Shown: in pieces, positions 1 through 9,264 of the stretch
Position numbering within the stretch: position 1 is the stretch's first letter
How the letters are laid out: each line of letters starts with the position of its first letter
NCBI GenBank assembly: GCA_913009865.1
Contig: CAJVYK010000001.1
Span: 1 to 38,234 of the forward strand
Source of the DNA: an uncultured bacterium
Lineage (GTDB): Bacteria; Planctomycetota; Phycisphaerae; Sedimentisphaerales; Anaerobacaceae
Direction: 5' to 3'
DNA length: 38,234 bases
Notes under the pieces: generated by a model
Told to the model about the DNA's origin: nothing
What the model saw: only the letters and a program-made list of their open reading frames with translations
The model's database searches: none
Program-made: the position numbers and the translations under genes

Positions 1-945
1 CATAGTGGGCAGGGTCAGTGTGGCTGCAGAGCCATTGGCGTTGTAGGTCAAACTAATCGAAAGACTGCTTGCCCCTGCGGTATTATCCGTCAATACAATT
101 TTGCCATTCTCAAGAGTCGCCTTGGCCCTTCCATCAAAGGAGTCATTGATTTCCGAAATAAGATGACTTAGCTTGGTATTACTGGTAATACTGAGATTTA
201 CCTGGGTTATAGTATTTCCATTATGGTCGGTACCGGTTATTTCAATAACTTCGCCGCCTTCGAGGGGGTTGCTTCCGAACTGGTCAAGGTCTTCTATTTT
301 TGAGCTTAGCGTAGCGTTATCACTGCTAACTGTAAAGGCAGTATCAGCTTGCCAGATTTCGGTACTGCTTGCATTAACTGAGATTTTATAATCTGTGCCG
401 GCATCGTTGCCGTTTAGTACCAAATGATAAGCATCGTTGTAGTACAGCAGGCTTGCTGTAACACCGGGATTGTTCGCATCGTTATTGATTAAGCCGACCA
501 TATCTTCCAACGTTGTAGTCGCCGTGGTTGTTATGGATGTTTCCTGCTGGTTATATGAGTAAATAAAGGTGCCGGCGCCGACGTAGTCTTCGGCATATTC
601 CTTGCCGGCGGTATGAACCCAGCGCTCGGCATTGGCCAACTGATTGATTACGACTGTATGATTGCTTTCAAAGGCGTTATAGGACGCTTCGGCGGTCAAT
701 ATGTCCGTATCGCTGGAAGCGGTTGAAAAGGCGCGAAGCTCATCGGCATCGGAGAGAGCTCGAGCAGAGCTTCTTAAAGCATCCAGCTTGGTTTCCAGCG
801 TGCTTAAAGCGTCTTTTTTTTCGTCCCAGACACTTTTACGATCTTCGTACATATTGAGTGTACGACGCTGGGCAGCCATTAACTGGCTGATAAGAGCGCT
901 TGTATCAATGCCTGTGGAAAGGCCTGGAAAACGTAAAGTTGACAT
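1..945 (-). CDS. fliD: Flagellar filament cap protein FliD (HAP2). This is the N-terminal 315 codons; the C-terminus lies beyond the left edge.
   Basis: The frame is open on the minus strand to the window edge, so it has no in-window stop and is missing from the ORF track. My translation from the ATG at 943-945 reads MSTLRFPGLSTGIDTSALISQLMAAQRRTLNMYEDRKSVWDEKKDALSTLETKLDALRSSARALSDADELRAFS, then HTVVINQLANAERWVHTAGKEYAEDYVGAGTF and DANNPGVTASLLYYNDAYHL. This is the typical FliD N-terminal heptad region and central-domain pattern. I checked all 315 codons and found no stop. Confidence 0.85.
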   Translation of the reverse strand, partial: MSTLRFPGLSTGIDTSALISQLMAAQRRTLNMYEDRKSVWDEKKDALSTLETKLDALRSSARALSDADELRAFSTASSDTDILTAEASYNAFESNHTVVINQLANAERWVHTAGKEYAEDYVGAGTFIYSYNQQETSITTTATTTLEDMVGLINNDANNPGVTASLLYYNDAYHLVLNGNDAGTDYKISVNASSTEIWQADTAFTVSSDNATLSSKIEDLDQFGSNPLEGGEVIEITGTDHNGNTITQVNLSITSNTKLSHLISEINDSFDGRAKATLENGKIVLTDNTAGASSLSISLTYNANGSAATLTLPTM

Positions 946-1091
946 CTTTGTCTGCCTTTTTGTCTAAATTTTCACGCTTTTACAAAAAAATTAAATAAAT
1001 ACGGCTAATACATACGCTTTGCGCAACTTTATTATCGTTTAAAGATAGCTTTTGCTTAACTATTTATCTTACTTGCATAGCATATTATTAG

Positions 1092-4000
1092 TTAACAAGC
1101 GGCCTGCTGTACTGTTTCGGCGTATCCGTGCCGAACAAATTCGGATTTTTGTAGTAACTGCTGAACCAGCCGGTTTCCCGGGGCCATTTCAAGACAGTCT
1201 CTTAGCTTTGAACAGGCCTGCTCGAAAGCCGTTTGTGCGTAAACAGGCGCATTTGATTTTATGTAAGCCTGCCCTATTGTAAGGCAAGTTACGGCGGCCA
1301 GGCATTTAGCATGCAATTGCCTTCTTTCGGGGGCTATCCTGTCCCAGGCGACGTCGGGAAACAGCTCGTCCGGCGCAAACGTGTCGGCAAACCGCTCAAC
1401 CACCTCGAAATGAGATTTTGCCTTTCGGGCAGTGAAGTTTCTTGAAAGACTGTCGGTGGTCATTCGGCGCAGATACAACGCCGCCCTCAAGTGATGTATT
1501 TTCAGGCCCTTCTTTACGAATCGCCGCATCATATCGTAGTCTTCAGCCATATCCAACTGCTCATCAAAAAAACCGATTTTATCAAAGACACTTCTTCTAA
1601 TGCAGGTTCTAAACGGCACGACCGGAAAGCCGCAGCGGAACAGGTCCCTGATGAGCAGTTTCCGGTTTGTGTACTCGGGTCGTTCAATTATCCGAATCGA
1701 CTTGCCATCCTCATCAATAAGGTGGTCGTCACAATAAACCAAATCGGTCTCCGGATATTTTTCGAACTCGGTCAGGTGTCTGGCGATAAAATCCGGCGCC
1801 ATAATGTCATCGGAATCGAGTTTGATTAGAAAACTGCCTTTAGATTTTTTTATCCCAACATTATGAGTGGTTGCAAGCCCGGAGTTTTCCTGATAGAAGT
1901 ATTCGATTCTTTCATCTTTGAAGCCGGCGATGATGTCTTTAGTATTGTCTGTCGAGCCGTCATCGATGAGGATAAGCTCAAAATTTCTATAGCTTTGGGT
2001 TAGAACGCTTTCAATCGCCTCTGTAATATACTCAGCGGCGTTGTAGGCGGGCATAATCACCGAAACCAGCGTATTTGTCTGTTCCTTGGCCAGTGTTCTT
2101 CTTATAAGAGCATTTATCTTTGCCTTCTCGCGGGTTAGTCTGCCGATAAAGGCCTTGGTGGTATCGTGGCTCTGTGAGCTTGGCAGTTCTCTGTAGAGGT
2201 ACAGGCACTTATCCACGAACTTCAATTGCGTTACTTCCTCCATTTTGTAACTGATGTCCCTGTCCTCGGCATATAGTATGTCCTCGTCGTAGCCGGAGGT
2301 TTTCAGATAGTCAGCCATCTTGAAAGTCCTGAAAGCGCTTACCAGATGCGCGTCAAGATTGGTCTTGCCTGCCGGTATTTTCGCTCCGAAGCCAATCTGC
2401 CTTGGCGCAAGGTCTTCGTGACAGCACATAAACTGTGAGTATATAAGACCGGCATCGGGGAAATCAACGTGATGTGAGTACATTGTCTCAACAGCATCTT
2501 TTGTAAGACAGTCATCGCTATCCAGGATGCCAAAATACTCTGACTGAACGTTGGCGATACCGCTCTTTAACGCGGCAATATAACCTCTATTCCGCTCATG
2601 CTGAATCAGCCTTATACGCTTATCATCGAGATACCGATTGATTATCGCCACTGAGTTATCAGTCGAGCAATCTTCAATAATGATTAGCTCCCAGTCCTTA
2701 AAAGTTTGGTTCAACACGGATTCTATGGCCTCGGCGATATAGCCGCCATTATTGTAATTGGCCATAATTACGGAGAATTTCGGTATCGAATTTGACTGCT
2801 GTTTACAGTGCTCGATATTACTCGCCTCAGCCGCCGGCTTGTCGCCATTCCTGCGATGAAGCGCCTCGGCCATTGCAAGCTCGGCATATTGATTTTGCGC
2901 TTCAGCTTTTGCGAAAGAAATAGTTCCCGGCCAGTACCTTAATTTGTATAAATATTCTCCCATGTTTCGTATTTCCCCTATTTCGGATAATCGAAGCCAC
3001 AGGTCGTAGTCCTGGGAATACATATATTTTTCATTATACCCTCCGACTTCTATCAGAGAGGTTCTTCGCAGCATTGCCGTCCCGTGAGCAACACAGTTTC
3101 CATCTAACAATCCTGCTTTAATGCCATCAGGTTCTGTTGGCCGTCTGTCATAGGCGCCGCAGATTTCGCCGTTGGAATCTATCCTGGCACACCAGCATCC
3201 CAAAACTGTACAGTTCGGATTTTCATCTAAAAATTTTACCTGTTTTTCAAATCGCTGGGGATGAGAAATATCGTCTGCATCCATTCGGGCAATGTATTCG
3301 CCTCTGCACAACTTCAAGCCAATATTCAAAGATTTCGTCAGGCCGATGTTTTCAGAATTTCTGTAGATAAACGTCCTTGAATCTTTCATCTTAACGAGTA
3401 TCTCAGATGTCCTGTCAGTGCTTGCATCGTCAATTATAATCACCTCGAAATCCTGATATGTCTGGCTGTATATGCTCTTTAACGCCTGTTCGATGAATTT
3501 TTCGGTGTTATAAACAGATATTAATACGCTTATCTTAGGCTTGTCAGTCATATCCTTGTTTTTTTCATTGTCGGGTATATAAGCGTTAAGACCGTCGCCG
3601 TAATAATGTTTAGCTCTGTTATTGTGCCCCTGGAGGTAAACCAGGCCTCTGTCATCGATATATTGATACAGCCGATTATCTAATACGAAGCGATATAAGC
3701 TGCTGTCGGGTATGCCTACAAATACATTGGGCCAAACCACATCTGGCTCTATTTGCTTCAACAGCTCCGCTGTTTCCCTGATATCCGACTCGGTCTCACC
3801 GGGAACCCCAACGACTACGCTCGCTGCTGCTTTTACACCAAATTCATGACACCATTTAAAAGCATTTTTAATCTGTTCGACAGTAATATCTTTCTGTAAT
3901 AAATCCAGTATTCTTTGAGAACCGCTTTCCACTCCGAAATAAAACCCCTTTGCGCCGGCGCGGGCCATCAACTCAACCGTCTCTCTGCTGAGGTTGGAGA

Positions 4001-5816
4001 CCCTTGATTCACAGGCCCAGGATATCTTTATCCCTTTCTCTATAAGCAAATTACAAAATTTGCTCAATCTTTCCTTATTAAGGGTAAAATTATCCTCCCG
4101 GAAATAGATTCCTTTAACTCCGTAATGTTCGATAAGATGTTCAATATCGGAGACAATTCGTTCAGCGCTGAAATATGTATATTTCCTGCCCCAGACAGAG
4201 CAGACAGAGCAGAATGTACATCTAAACGGGCAGCCGCGACTCGTATTCATTGTGAATATAGGGCTGTCCTGAAAAAACTTAACGCTCCAGTCATAGGGTA
4301 AATTAACGAAACAATCCCAGGCGGGCATTGGTAATGCATCCAGATTTTCTATGCGGGGATAATTCACAATTCTTTCGGTAACTTTGCCGTCTGCAATATC
4401 GAGAATTGCACGTTCCCCTTCCCCCTGCACAATGTAATCGACAAAGTCTGGAATGGTATCTGCAGCTACGGTAGTGTGAGGGCCTCCTACGATTATCTTG
4501 CCGACCCATTTGCGTGTTTGTCTCAAATGTTCGAGTTTGTGCAGCATTCGGAGAGTATCGCGGAAGCAAATTGTATTCGCATAAATGCCGACATAATCTA
4601 TTTTGTTTTTCCAAAGGTAGTCTGTATCGAGAAAGTTGGTCGGCTGTAAGTAGTTGTCTATGAAAGATACTTCGTGGCCGGCGTTACGCAGCACGGAAAT
4701 CAGGAACCCGATTCCTATAGGCGGCCTTTTTTCTTTAGTTGAAAATGGCGCCTGGGCCGGGGCGGCGGAGGTCGTAAGCAGAATTCGCTTTCGAGGACTC
4801 TCGCTGTCAGAATGAGATATTCCGGACGGTTCATTTGTTTTTCTTTCCTGATGCGAAAATGTACAACTTATCTTCGGCTGTTCCGGCTGCATCCTGTCTA
4901 ATTCATCGAACATCGCACTTAGTCTTTTCACCCAGGTATGCTCTTTCAATGCCCTGTTATAACCGCAATTCGCTATCTCCATTCGCTTATCATCATTCTT
5001 TAGATAATACGAAATTTTTTCCACCGCTTCGGCAATGTTCTCGAAGCATTCTATTTCCTTACCTATCTGGTAATATTCTTCTAATCCATCGGCATATTCG
5101 GTCAGCAAAAAGCCGCCGCACATCGGCACTTCGAAAACTCTGCCTTTTATCTGTTTGATACCGTCATTCCGGGAGCTGCCGCAAAAGTTAAGATTGATTT
5201 TGCTGGCATTAAATATTTTTATCATATCATCGAATTCGACGAATTTTCCGAACCCTTTTCCAAAAGCAGTAATCGGCACAGCCCTGTTTTCCAGATAAAG
5301 CAGATTTTCCAGCCGTTTCCCATGGCCGCCCCCGATGAAAGTAACATCATAGGCAAATTTGGCGTCGATTTTTTTGTAATAATTCTGATTTGACGCCCAC
5401 TGAGACTTGATAACATTAAGGCCCAATTTTGCATACTTCTCAACGGAATGCTTATCTGTAGTAACCGAGCAAAAAACGTGCCTGGCTACTATTCTCGAAT
5501 AGTCTTCAAACCGCCAGTGGTCATCGGAGAACCAGGCGATTACTTTTGTTCCTAATGTACCAATCGTGTCCAGCGTTTTCATCTCTACCTGGTCCTGGTA
5601 GGTATGGAGCAGAACATAATCGGGCTTTTCTTTTCTTACTGTCTCGATGATTTCTGCATTCATCGATTCCTTGCCGATTTGTTTGATTTTTTCAATGTAA
5701 TTATAGTTGATTACATTTGAAAAAATCTGCTTCAGCGGCTCGTAGAAATTAATATCGCAGTCGTAGTTTATACAGCCTACGGTTAAAAATAGGATTTTTC
5801 GTCCTTCCATAAGCAT
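1092..5816 (-). CDS. 1574-aa multi-enzyme fusion: CgeB-like glycosyltransferase, B12-binding-type radical SAM domain, three GT2 glycosyltransferase modules and a short helical TPR-like tail.
   Basis: N-terminus: SKINLNFCG...GRVFEVPMCGGFLLTEY...ISYYLKNDDKRMEIANCGYNRALKEHTW, matching the CgeB/Glyco_trans_1_2 pattern. Middle: a Rossmann-like stretch IGIGFLISVLRNAGHEV...IIVGGPHTT, followed by the radical-SAM cluster SRGCPFRCTFCSV (CxxxCxxC, DNA about 4205-4235) and GFYFGVESGSQRILD. Three GT2 signatures follow: ISVLISVYNTEKFIEQALKSIYSQTYQDFEVIIIDDASTD; FSVIMANYNNGGYIAEAIESVLNQTFKDWELIIIEDCSTDNS; and VSVIMPAYNAAEYITEAIESVLTQSYRNFELILIDDGSTDNT. Each has a downstream DxD-type motif (MDADD, LDSDD, LDSDD). 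Confidence 0.85.
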   Translation of the reverse strand: MLMEGRKILFLTVGCINYDCDINFYEPLKQIFSNVINYNYIEKIKQIGKESMNAEIIETVRKEKPDYVLLHTYQDQVEMKTLDTIGTLGTKVIAWFSDDHWRFEDYSRIVARHVFCSVTTDKHSVEKYAKLGLNVIKSQWASNQNYYKKIDAKFAYDVTFIGGGHGKRLENLLYLENRAVPITAFGKGFGKFVEFDDMIKIFNASKINLNFCGSSRNDGIKQIKGRVFEVPMCGGFLLTEYADGLEEYYQIGKEIECFENIAEAVEKISYYLKNDDKRMEIANCGYNRALKEHTWVKRLSAMFDELDRMQPEQPKISCTFSHQERKTNEPSGISHSDSESPRKRILLTTSAAPAQAPFSTKEKRPPIGIGFLISVLRNAGHEVSFIDNYLQPTNFLDTDYLWKNKIDYVGIYANTICFRDTLRMLHKLEHLRQTRKWVGKIIVGGPHTTVAADTIPDFVDYIVQGEGERAILDIADGKVTERIVNYPRIENLDALPMPAWDCFVNLPYDWSVKFFQDSPIFTMNTSRGCPFRCTFCSVCSVWGRKYTYFSAERIVSDIEHLIEHYGVKGIYFREDNFTLNKERLSKFCNLLIEKGIKISWACESRVSNLSRETVELMARAGAKGFYFGVESGSQRILDLLQKDITVEQIKNAFKWCHEFGVKAAASVVVGVPGETESDIRETAELLKQIEPDVVWPNVFVGIPDSSLYRFVLDNRLYQYIDDRGLVYLQGHNNRAKHYYGDGLNAYIPDNEKNKDMTDKPKISVLISVYNTEKFIEQALKSIYSQTYQDFEVIIIDDASTDRTSEILVKMKDSRTFIYRNSENIGLTKSLNIGLKLCRGEYIARMDADDISHPQRFEKQVKFLDENPNCTVLGCWCARIDSNGEICGAYDRRPTEPDGIKAGLLDGNCVAHGTAMLRRTSLIEVGGYNEKYMYSQDYDLWLRLSEIGEIRNMGEYLYKLRYWPGTISFAKAEAQNQYAELAMAEALHRRNGDKPAAEASNIEHCKQQSNSIPKFSVIMANYNNGGYIAEAIESVLNQTFKDWELIIIEDCSTDNSVAIINRYLDDKRIRLIQHERNRGYIAALKSGIANVQSEYFGILDSDDCLTKDAVETMYSHHVDFPDAGLIYSQFMCCHEDLAPRQIGFGAKIPAGKTNLDAHLVSAFRTFKMADYLKTSGYDEDILYAEDRDISYKMEEVTQLKFVDKCLYLYRELPSSQSHDTTKAFIGRLTREKAKINALIRRTLAKEQTNTLVSVIMPAYNAAEYITEAIESVLTQSYRNFELILIDDGSTDNTKDIIAGFKDERIEYFYQENSGLATTHNVGIKKSKGSFLIKLDSDDIMAPDFIARHLTEFEKYPETDLVYCDDHLIDEDGKSIRIIERPEYTNRKLLIRDLFRCGFPVVPFRTCIRRSVFDKIGFFDEQLDMAEDYDMMRRFVKKGLKIHHLRAALYLRRMTTDSLSRNFTARKAKSHFEVVERFADTFAPDELFPDVAWDRIAPERRQLHAKCLAAVTCLTIGQAYIKSNAPVYAQTAFEQACSKLRDCLEMAPGNRLVQQLLQKSEFVRHGYAETVQQAAC

Positions 5817-5826
5817 TTTCTTTCCT

Positions 5827-8298
5827 TTAAAGCTTTTTTACCTTTCTCAGGAAACCTGATGGACAGGATGTTATGAGATGTTTCTTCTCTTTTTCTTCAT
5901 CCTGTTCGAAGTCACTTCTCGTGGAGAGGAATTCCTGTATAGCCTCGTAGGGGCCAGGTCCGTATTGTGGGAGTAGTGGGTGCCCGTTTACAGTACCGTC
6001 TTCAACAATCATATAATTTCCTATAGTTACGATGTCAGAATACAACACCATTTCTTTGAGAACATGCCCCTTAGAGTGGTCGCTATCAAGTAGTACCATA
6101 ACCCCGCTGTTGTTGACCATCATCTTTATTTTTTCAACAACTTTAATATCCGTGCTGTCTCCTACGATACAAGTAACCCTCTCTTTGAATACTCTGTGGT
6201 CCGGCATTTCCTTGCTCGTAAGGTCAACTGTGATAACCTTACCTCTGCCTATCAATTCAAAGATTGAAGCAAAGAAAAAAGACGCACCTCCTTTGTTGGT
6301 GCCGCATTCTACTAAATAGTCAGGCTGTCTCTCCCATAGTATTTCAGCAATGGTGAACATATCAACAGGATACTGAAGTATAGGGGCTCCTAACCAGTAT
6401 GTATTTTGAAACGGTTGAACCATTCCCAACTGTTTTGGGTCATAGTAAATTTTATGGAACTCATCAATAATGTTCTTGATGGCCATCTGTTCTTTTTTCT
6501 TTATGTACTGAGTTGTTTTGGCGTAAAAGTGGTTTATGCCTGTTTTGCTTAATTTTTTAGATAAGTTACCTGGAAACTGCCGATTGTACGCAAGCTTTTG
6601 GTCCAAATAGTAAAAGTTTTTGCTTCTTAAAATTCTACACCACATATCAATATCTGCTGCGCTTCCCACGTCAGCGTCGAAAATACCGACCTTTTCAAAA
6701 TCTTCTTTTCGAAACAATATAGATGTCGGCCATCCTACCGGTCTTTTTTGTAAAAGATAATTTTTGATAAATTCTTCACCATTCTCCTTTGTGTTTTTGT
6801 TGAATAACCGATATGGATTATTATTGTTTTTTATGTCGTTATTCTCATCGATGATGTGATAATTACAACAAACGACTCCCACATCAGGACATTCATTTAG
6901 GATTTTTACCTGTTCAGCAATGCAATTATTTTCGAGTATGTCGTCATCTCCCATTATTTTGATATATTCACCCGAAGATAATGACACAGCCTTATTCCAG
7001 TTCTTTATGAATCCTATGTTACGTTCATTTCTGATGAACGTAACATTCTTTATGTTAGAGTAAGCCTCCGAGAGACTTACGGTGTCGTCTGTAGAACAGT
7101 CATCCAAAACTAAAATTTCTACGTTAGGATAAGTTTGATTGACCGCCGAATCTATTGCCATTTTGAGGTAATCGGCTCTATTAAAGGCCGTGATTAGTAT
7201 CGATATCTTTGGGATTTGTCCTTTAGGAACAACAGTTTTACAACTACGAGCAACACAGATTATGAAATCTTTTTTATCGAGATGATCCTCAACGTTATGC
7301 GTCTGGTAGTTCTGGTATTTAAGAAGTTCAGGTATCAGATTATTTGCGGATAACCATTGCTTAATTTTTGCCTCATCAATATAAAACGTCAGATGAAAGC
7401 CCATGTTAATTGCCGCAGGACTCCTCTCCTGTATATAAGGCGTTGAAAGAATAAGCGTTCCGCCAGGTTTAAGTGCACGGCTGAAAATTCCAAACAGTTT
7501 AAGGATATCGTCTTCCTTCAAATGTTCAATTGTCTCAAAGGAAACGATATAATCAAATAAAGATTGGTACTTTAAATCTAATAGATTTGCATGGACAAAT
7601 TCGACGTTCTTCCTGTTTTTGTAACGAACTTTTACTTGTTCTATAACTTTTTCGTCAATATCCACGCCAATTACACGGTCGGATTTTTCTGATAACATAA
7701 TGCTGCCATAGCCTGTCCCACACGCAAAATCTCCGACCGTTTTTCCAGGCGAAATGATAGATTTAGCATACTCATATCTCTTGTAATGACTTTTTTGGGT
7801 CGTACCTAATTCATCAAATTTAACGTCTTCTTTGTAAAATATATCGACACGTTCACCATTACCGTCTAAGTTAGCTTCGGGAGAGCAAAAAGGGGTTTTG
7901 GTCAATACAAAATTTTTATTTGCAGAAACGCTCATCTTCTCCCCTGAAGCTGCAAGGTCGTTAATGGATTCTTCCAATATCTGCTTATCAAATTCGATAA
8001 AACCACTTACAAATAGCAAAAACTTGCCTCTTGCTACCATTGCTGCCTTATTGAATGACTGCTCTTGACTTAAGAATCCACCATGGTCCAAAACCTTTAT
8101 CGCCGGTAAAAACGCCCTTAATTGTCTTTCATCAATCTCCAATCCCCGGCTGTTAACAACCACCAGTTCATAGTCACCCGGCAGCTCCCTCTCGCTCAGT
8201 TTTTGCAGGTACGCACTGAGCTTCGAAGAATCGTTACCGGCGGACAGGATAATCGAGCAGCGCACAGCCGCTTCAACTTGTGCTTCCGTATTTAGCAT
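5827..8298 (-). CDS. 823-aa multi-enzyme fusion: degenerate GT2-like module, class I SAM methyltransferase, GT2 glycosyltransferase and CmcI-family (cephalosporin hydroxylase-like / sugar O-methyltransferase-like) domain.
   Basis: SAM motif I VGDFACGTGYGS, with RVIGVDID and LKPGGTLILSTP. GT2 signature ISILITAFNRADYLKMAIDSAVNQTYPNVEILVLDDCSTDDT, with GDDDIL. C-terminus NTYWLGAPILQYPVDMFTIAEILWERQPDYLVECGTNKGGASFFFASIFELIGRGKVITVDL...IVGDSTD fits the CmcI-type fold pattern. The N-terminal 130 aa look GT2-like, but SGF replaces the DxD. A 10-nt gap separates this ORF from each neighbouring ORF. Confidence 0.8.
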   Translation of the reverse strand: MLNTEAQVEAAVRCSIILSAGNDSSKLSAYLQKLSERELPGDYELVVVNSRGLEIDERQLRAFLPAIKVLDHGGFLSQEQSFNKAAMVARGKFLLFVSGFIEFDKQILEESINDLAASGEKMSVSANKNFVLTKTPFCSPEANLDGNGERVDIFYKEDVKFDELGTTQKSHYKRYEYAKSIISPGKTVGDFACGTGYGSIMLSEKSDRVIGVDIDEKVIEQVKVRYKNRKNVEFVHANLLDLKYQSLFDYIVSFETIEHLKEDDILKLFGIFSRALKPGGTLILSTPYIQERSPAAINMGFHLTFYIDEAKIKQWLSANNLIPELLKYQNYQTHNVEDHLDKKDFIICVARSCKTVVPKGQIPKISILITAFNRADYLKMAIDSAVNQTYPNVEILVLDDCSTDDTVSLSEAYSNIKNVTFIRNERNIGFIKNWNKAVSLSSGEYIKIMGDDDILENNCIAEQVKILNECPDVGVVCCNYHIIDENNDIKNNNNPYRLFNKNTKENGEEFIKNYLLQKRPVGWPTSILFRKEDFEKVGIFDADVGSAADIDMWCRILRSKNFYYLDQKLAYNRQFPGNLSKKLSKTGINHFYAKTTQYIKKKEQMAIKNIIDEFHKIYYDPKQLGMVQPFQNTYWLGAPILQYPVDMFTIAEILWERQPDYLVECGTNKGGASFFFASIFELIGRGKVITVDLTSKEMPDHRVFKERVTCIVGDSTDIKVVEKIKMMVNNSGVMVLLDSDHSKGHVLKEMVLYSDIVTIGNYMIVEDGTVNGHPLLPQYGPGPYEAIQEFLSTRSDFEQDEEKEKKHLITSCPSGFLRKVKKL

Positions 8299-8308
8299 TG
8301 ATACTTCC

Positions 8309-8620
8309 TCAGATATTACTTCGATAAACCTCTATGGTCTTTTTGCCCTTGCGGAGCCGGCTTAACTCTTCGGTGGTTCCGGCTTTTTGAACGGTAACGG
8401 CCAGACATAAATCTTCGTATAATTTTTGCAATTGCTCTTGTCGATTTTTAAATTCCGGCAGTTCGAGAACCCCTGTCTGTGCGATTTTTCCCACAACAGA
8501 ACCGGCTTGCTTGCTTAAAACCTCAACCTTGTTGATGTTACCCTGCCGGGCCAGCTCTATTTGCTTTTCCAGCAGACTCTGAAGCTTATCCAACAGATGT
8601 ATCTGTCTATCCATACTCAT
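8309..8620 (-). CDS. Small 103-aa heptad-rich (coiled-coil) protein. It may be a FlgN/FliT-like chaperone, but the function is unknown.
   Basis: It has a 4-nt ATGA overlap with the upstream TPR ORF (tcat at 8617-8620 on the plus strand). The sequence is helical and heptad-rich (LLDKLQSLLEKQIELARQGNINKVEVL...QEQLQKLYEDL). I recognise no family-specific motif. Confidence 0.5.
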   Translation of the reverse strand: MSMDRQIHLLDKLQSLLEKQIELARQGNINKVEVLSKQAGSVVGKIAQTGVLELPEFKNRQEQLQKLYEDLCLAVTVQKAGTTEELSRLRKGKKTIEVYRSNI

Positions 8621-9264
8621 CCAACCTGAACTCCTGTCCTGCTGCCTTGTCTTGTTTGAGCCAAATTGTGCTCAACTTCCTCCAGAAGATTAGCTGCATC
8701 CTGATGGCCGGCATCCAAAGTTAAAATGTCCAGGAGGATTTTTTTGGACTGCTCAAGCCGGCTGTCTTTCATATATAACGCTGCCAGGGAGAACATAACG
8801 GATATGTCAGCCGGGTGCATATCCAAATACAGCTGCAGATAGTAAATGACCTTTGCGAATGAGCCCATCTGGCAAGAGGCCTGAAACAGTCCCAAAAGAG
8901 CTGTCAGGTTGTCGGTATCTAACTCCAAACACTTTAGATACATCTCAAAGGCCTGCTTGTAATCACATTTTTGTTGTGCGACCATAGCCAGTCCGCAATA
9001 GGCCTTGGCGCAATTGGTGTCCAGCCGAGCCGCGACCCTGAAGGCTACTTCAGCATCATCAAGAAGATTTTCCTGCAGTCCAACTACTCCAAGACCAACG
9101 TATGGACCCGGCTCATCAGGTCCCAGTGATGCCGCTTTTTCGTAGCAGCGCTGTGCCTGTACATAGTTGCCGACGGAGGTGTAACAATCGCCGAGTTCCT
9201 GTAAAACCTCGTAGTGCTGGGTCAAATCGGGCTGTTCAGCAGTATTTTCCTGTGTTATGTCCAT
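8617..9264 (-). CDS. Stand-alone TPR-repeat protein (215 aa).
   Basis: It contains repeated 34-aa TPR-like units, for example LGDCYTSVGNYVQAQRCYEKAASLGPD, AKAYCGLAMVAQQKCDYKQAFEMYLKCLELD and FSLAALYMKDSRLEQSKKILLDIL. It overlaps the upstream ORF by 10 nt. Confidence 0.7.
   Translation of the reverse strand: MDITQENTAEQPDLTQHYEVLQELGDCYTSVGNYVQAQRCYEKAASLGPDEPGPYVGLGVVGLQENLLDDAEVAFRVAARLDTNCAKAYCGLAMVAQQKCDYKQAFEMYLKCLELDTDNLTALLGLFQASCQMGSFAKVIYYLQLYLDMHPADISVMFSLAALYMKDSRLEQSKKILLDILTLDAGHQDAANLLEEVEHNLAQTRQGSRTGVQVG

Noticed and set aside
820-835. A/T homopolymer runs of 8 nt (fliD at about 826, activator 1 at about 26191 and the intergenic run at about 24766) as phase-variation switches.
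   Set aside because: The tracts are short and in frame in intact genes. There is no evidence of slippage, and A/T runs of 8 nt are common in AT-rich DNA.
173-967. Plus-strand ORFs 173-391 and 701-967 from the ORF track.
   Set aside because: They lie antisense to the fliD reading frame, which I could translate without stops and which has clear FliD motifs. They are shadow ORFs with low-complexity translations.
946-1091. A sigma-28 (TAAA-N15-GCCGATAA) or sigma-54 promoter upstream of fliD.
   Set aside because: The best candidate on the minus strand is TAAAgttgcgc...GCCGTATT. Its 22-nt spacer is too long compared with the expected 15 nt, and its -10 element is imperfect. No GG-N10-GC element is present. 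The fliD promoter remains unassigned.
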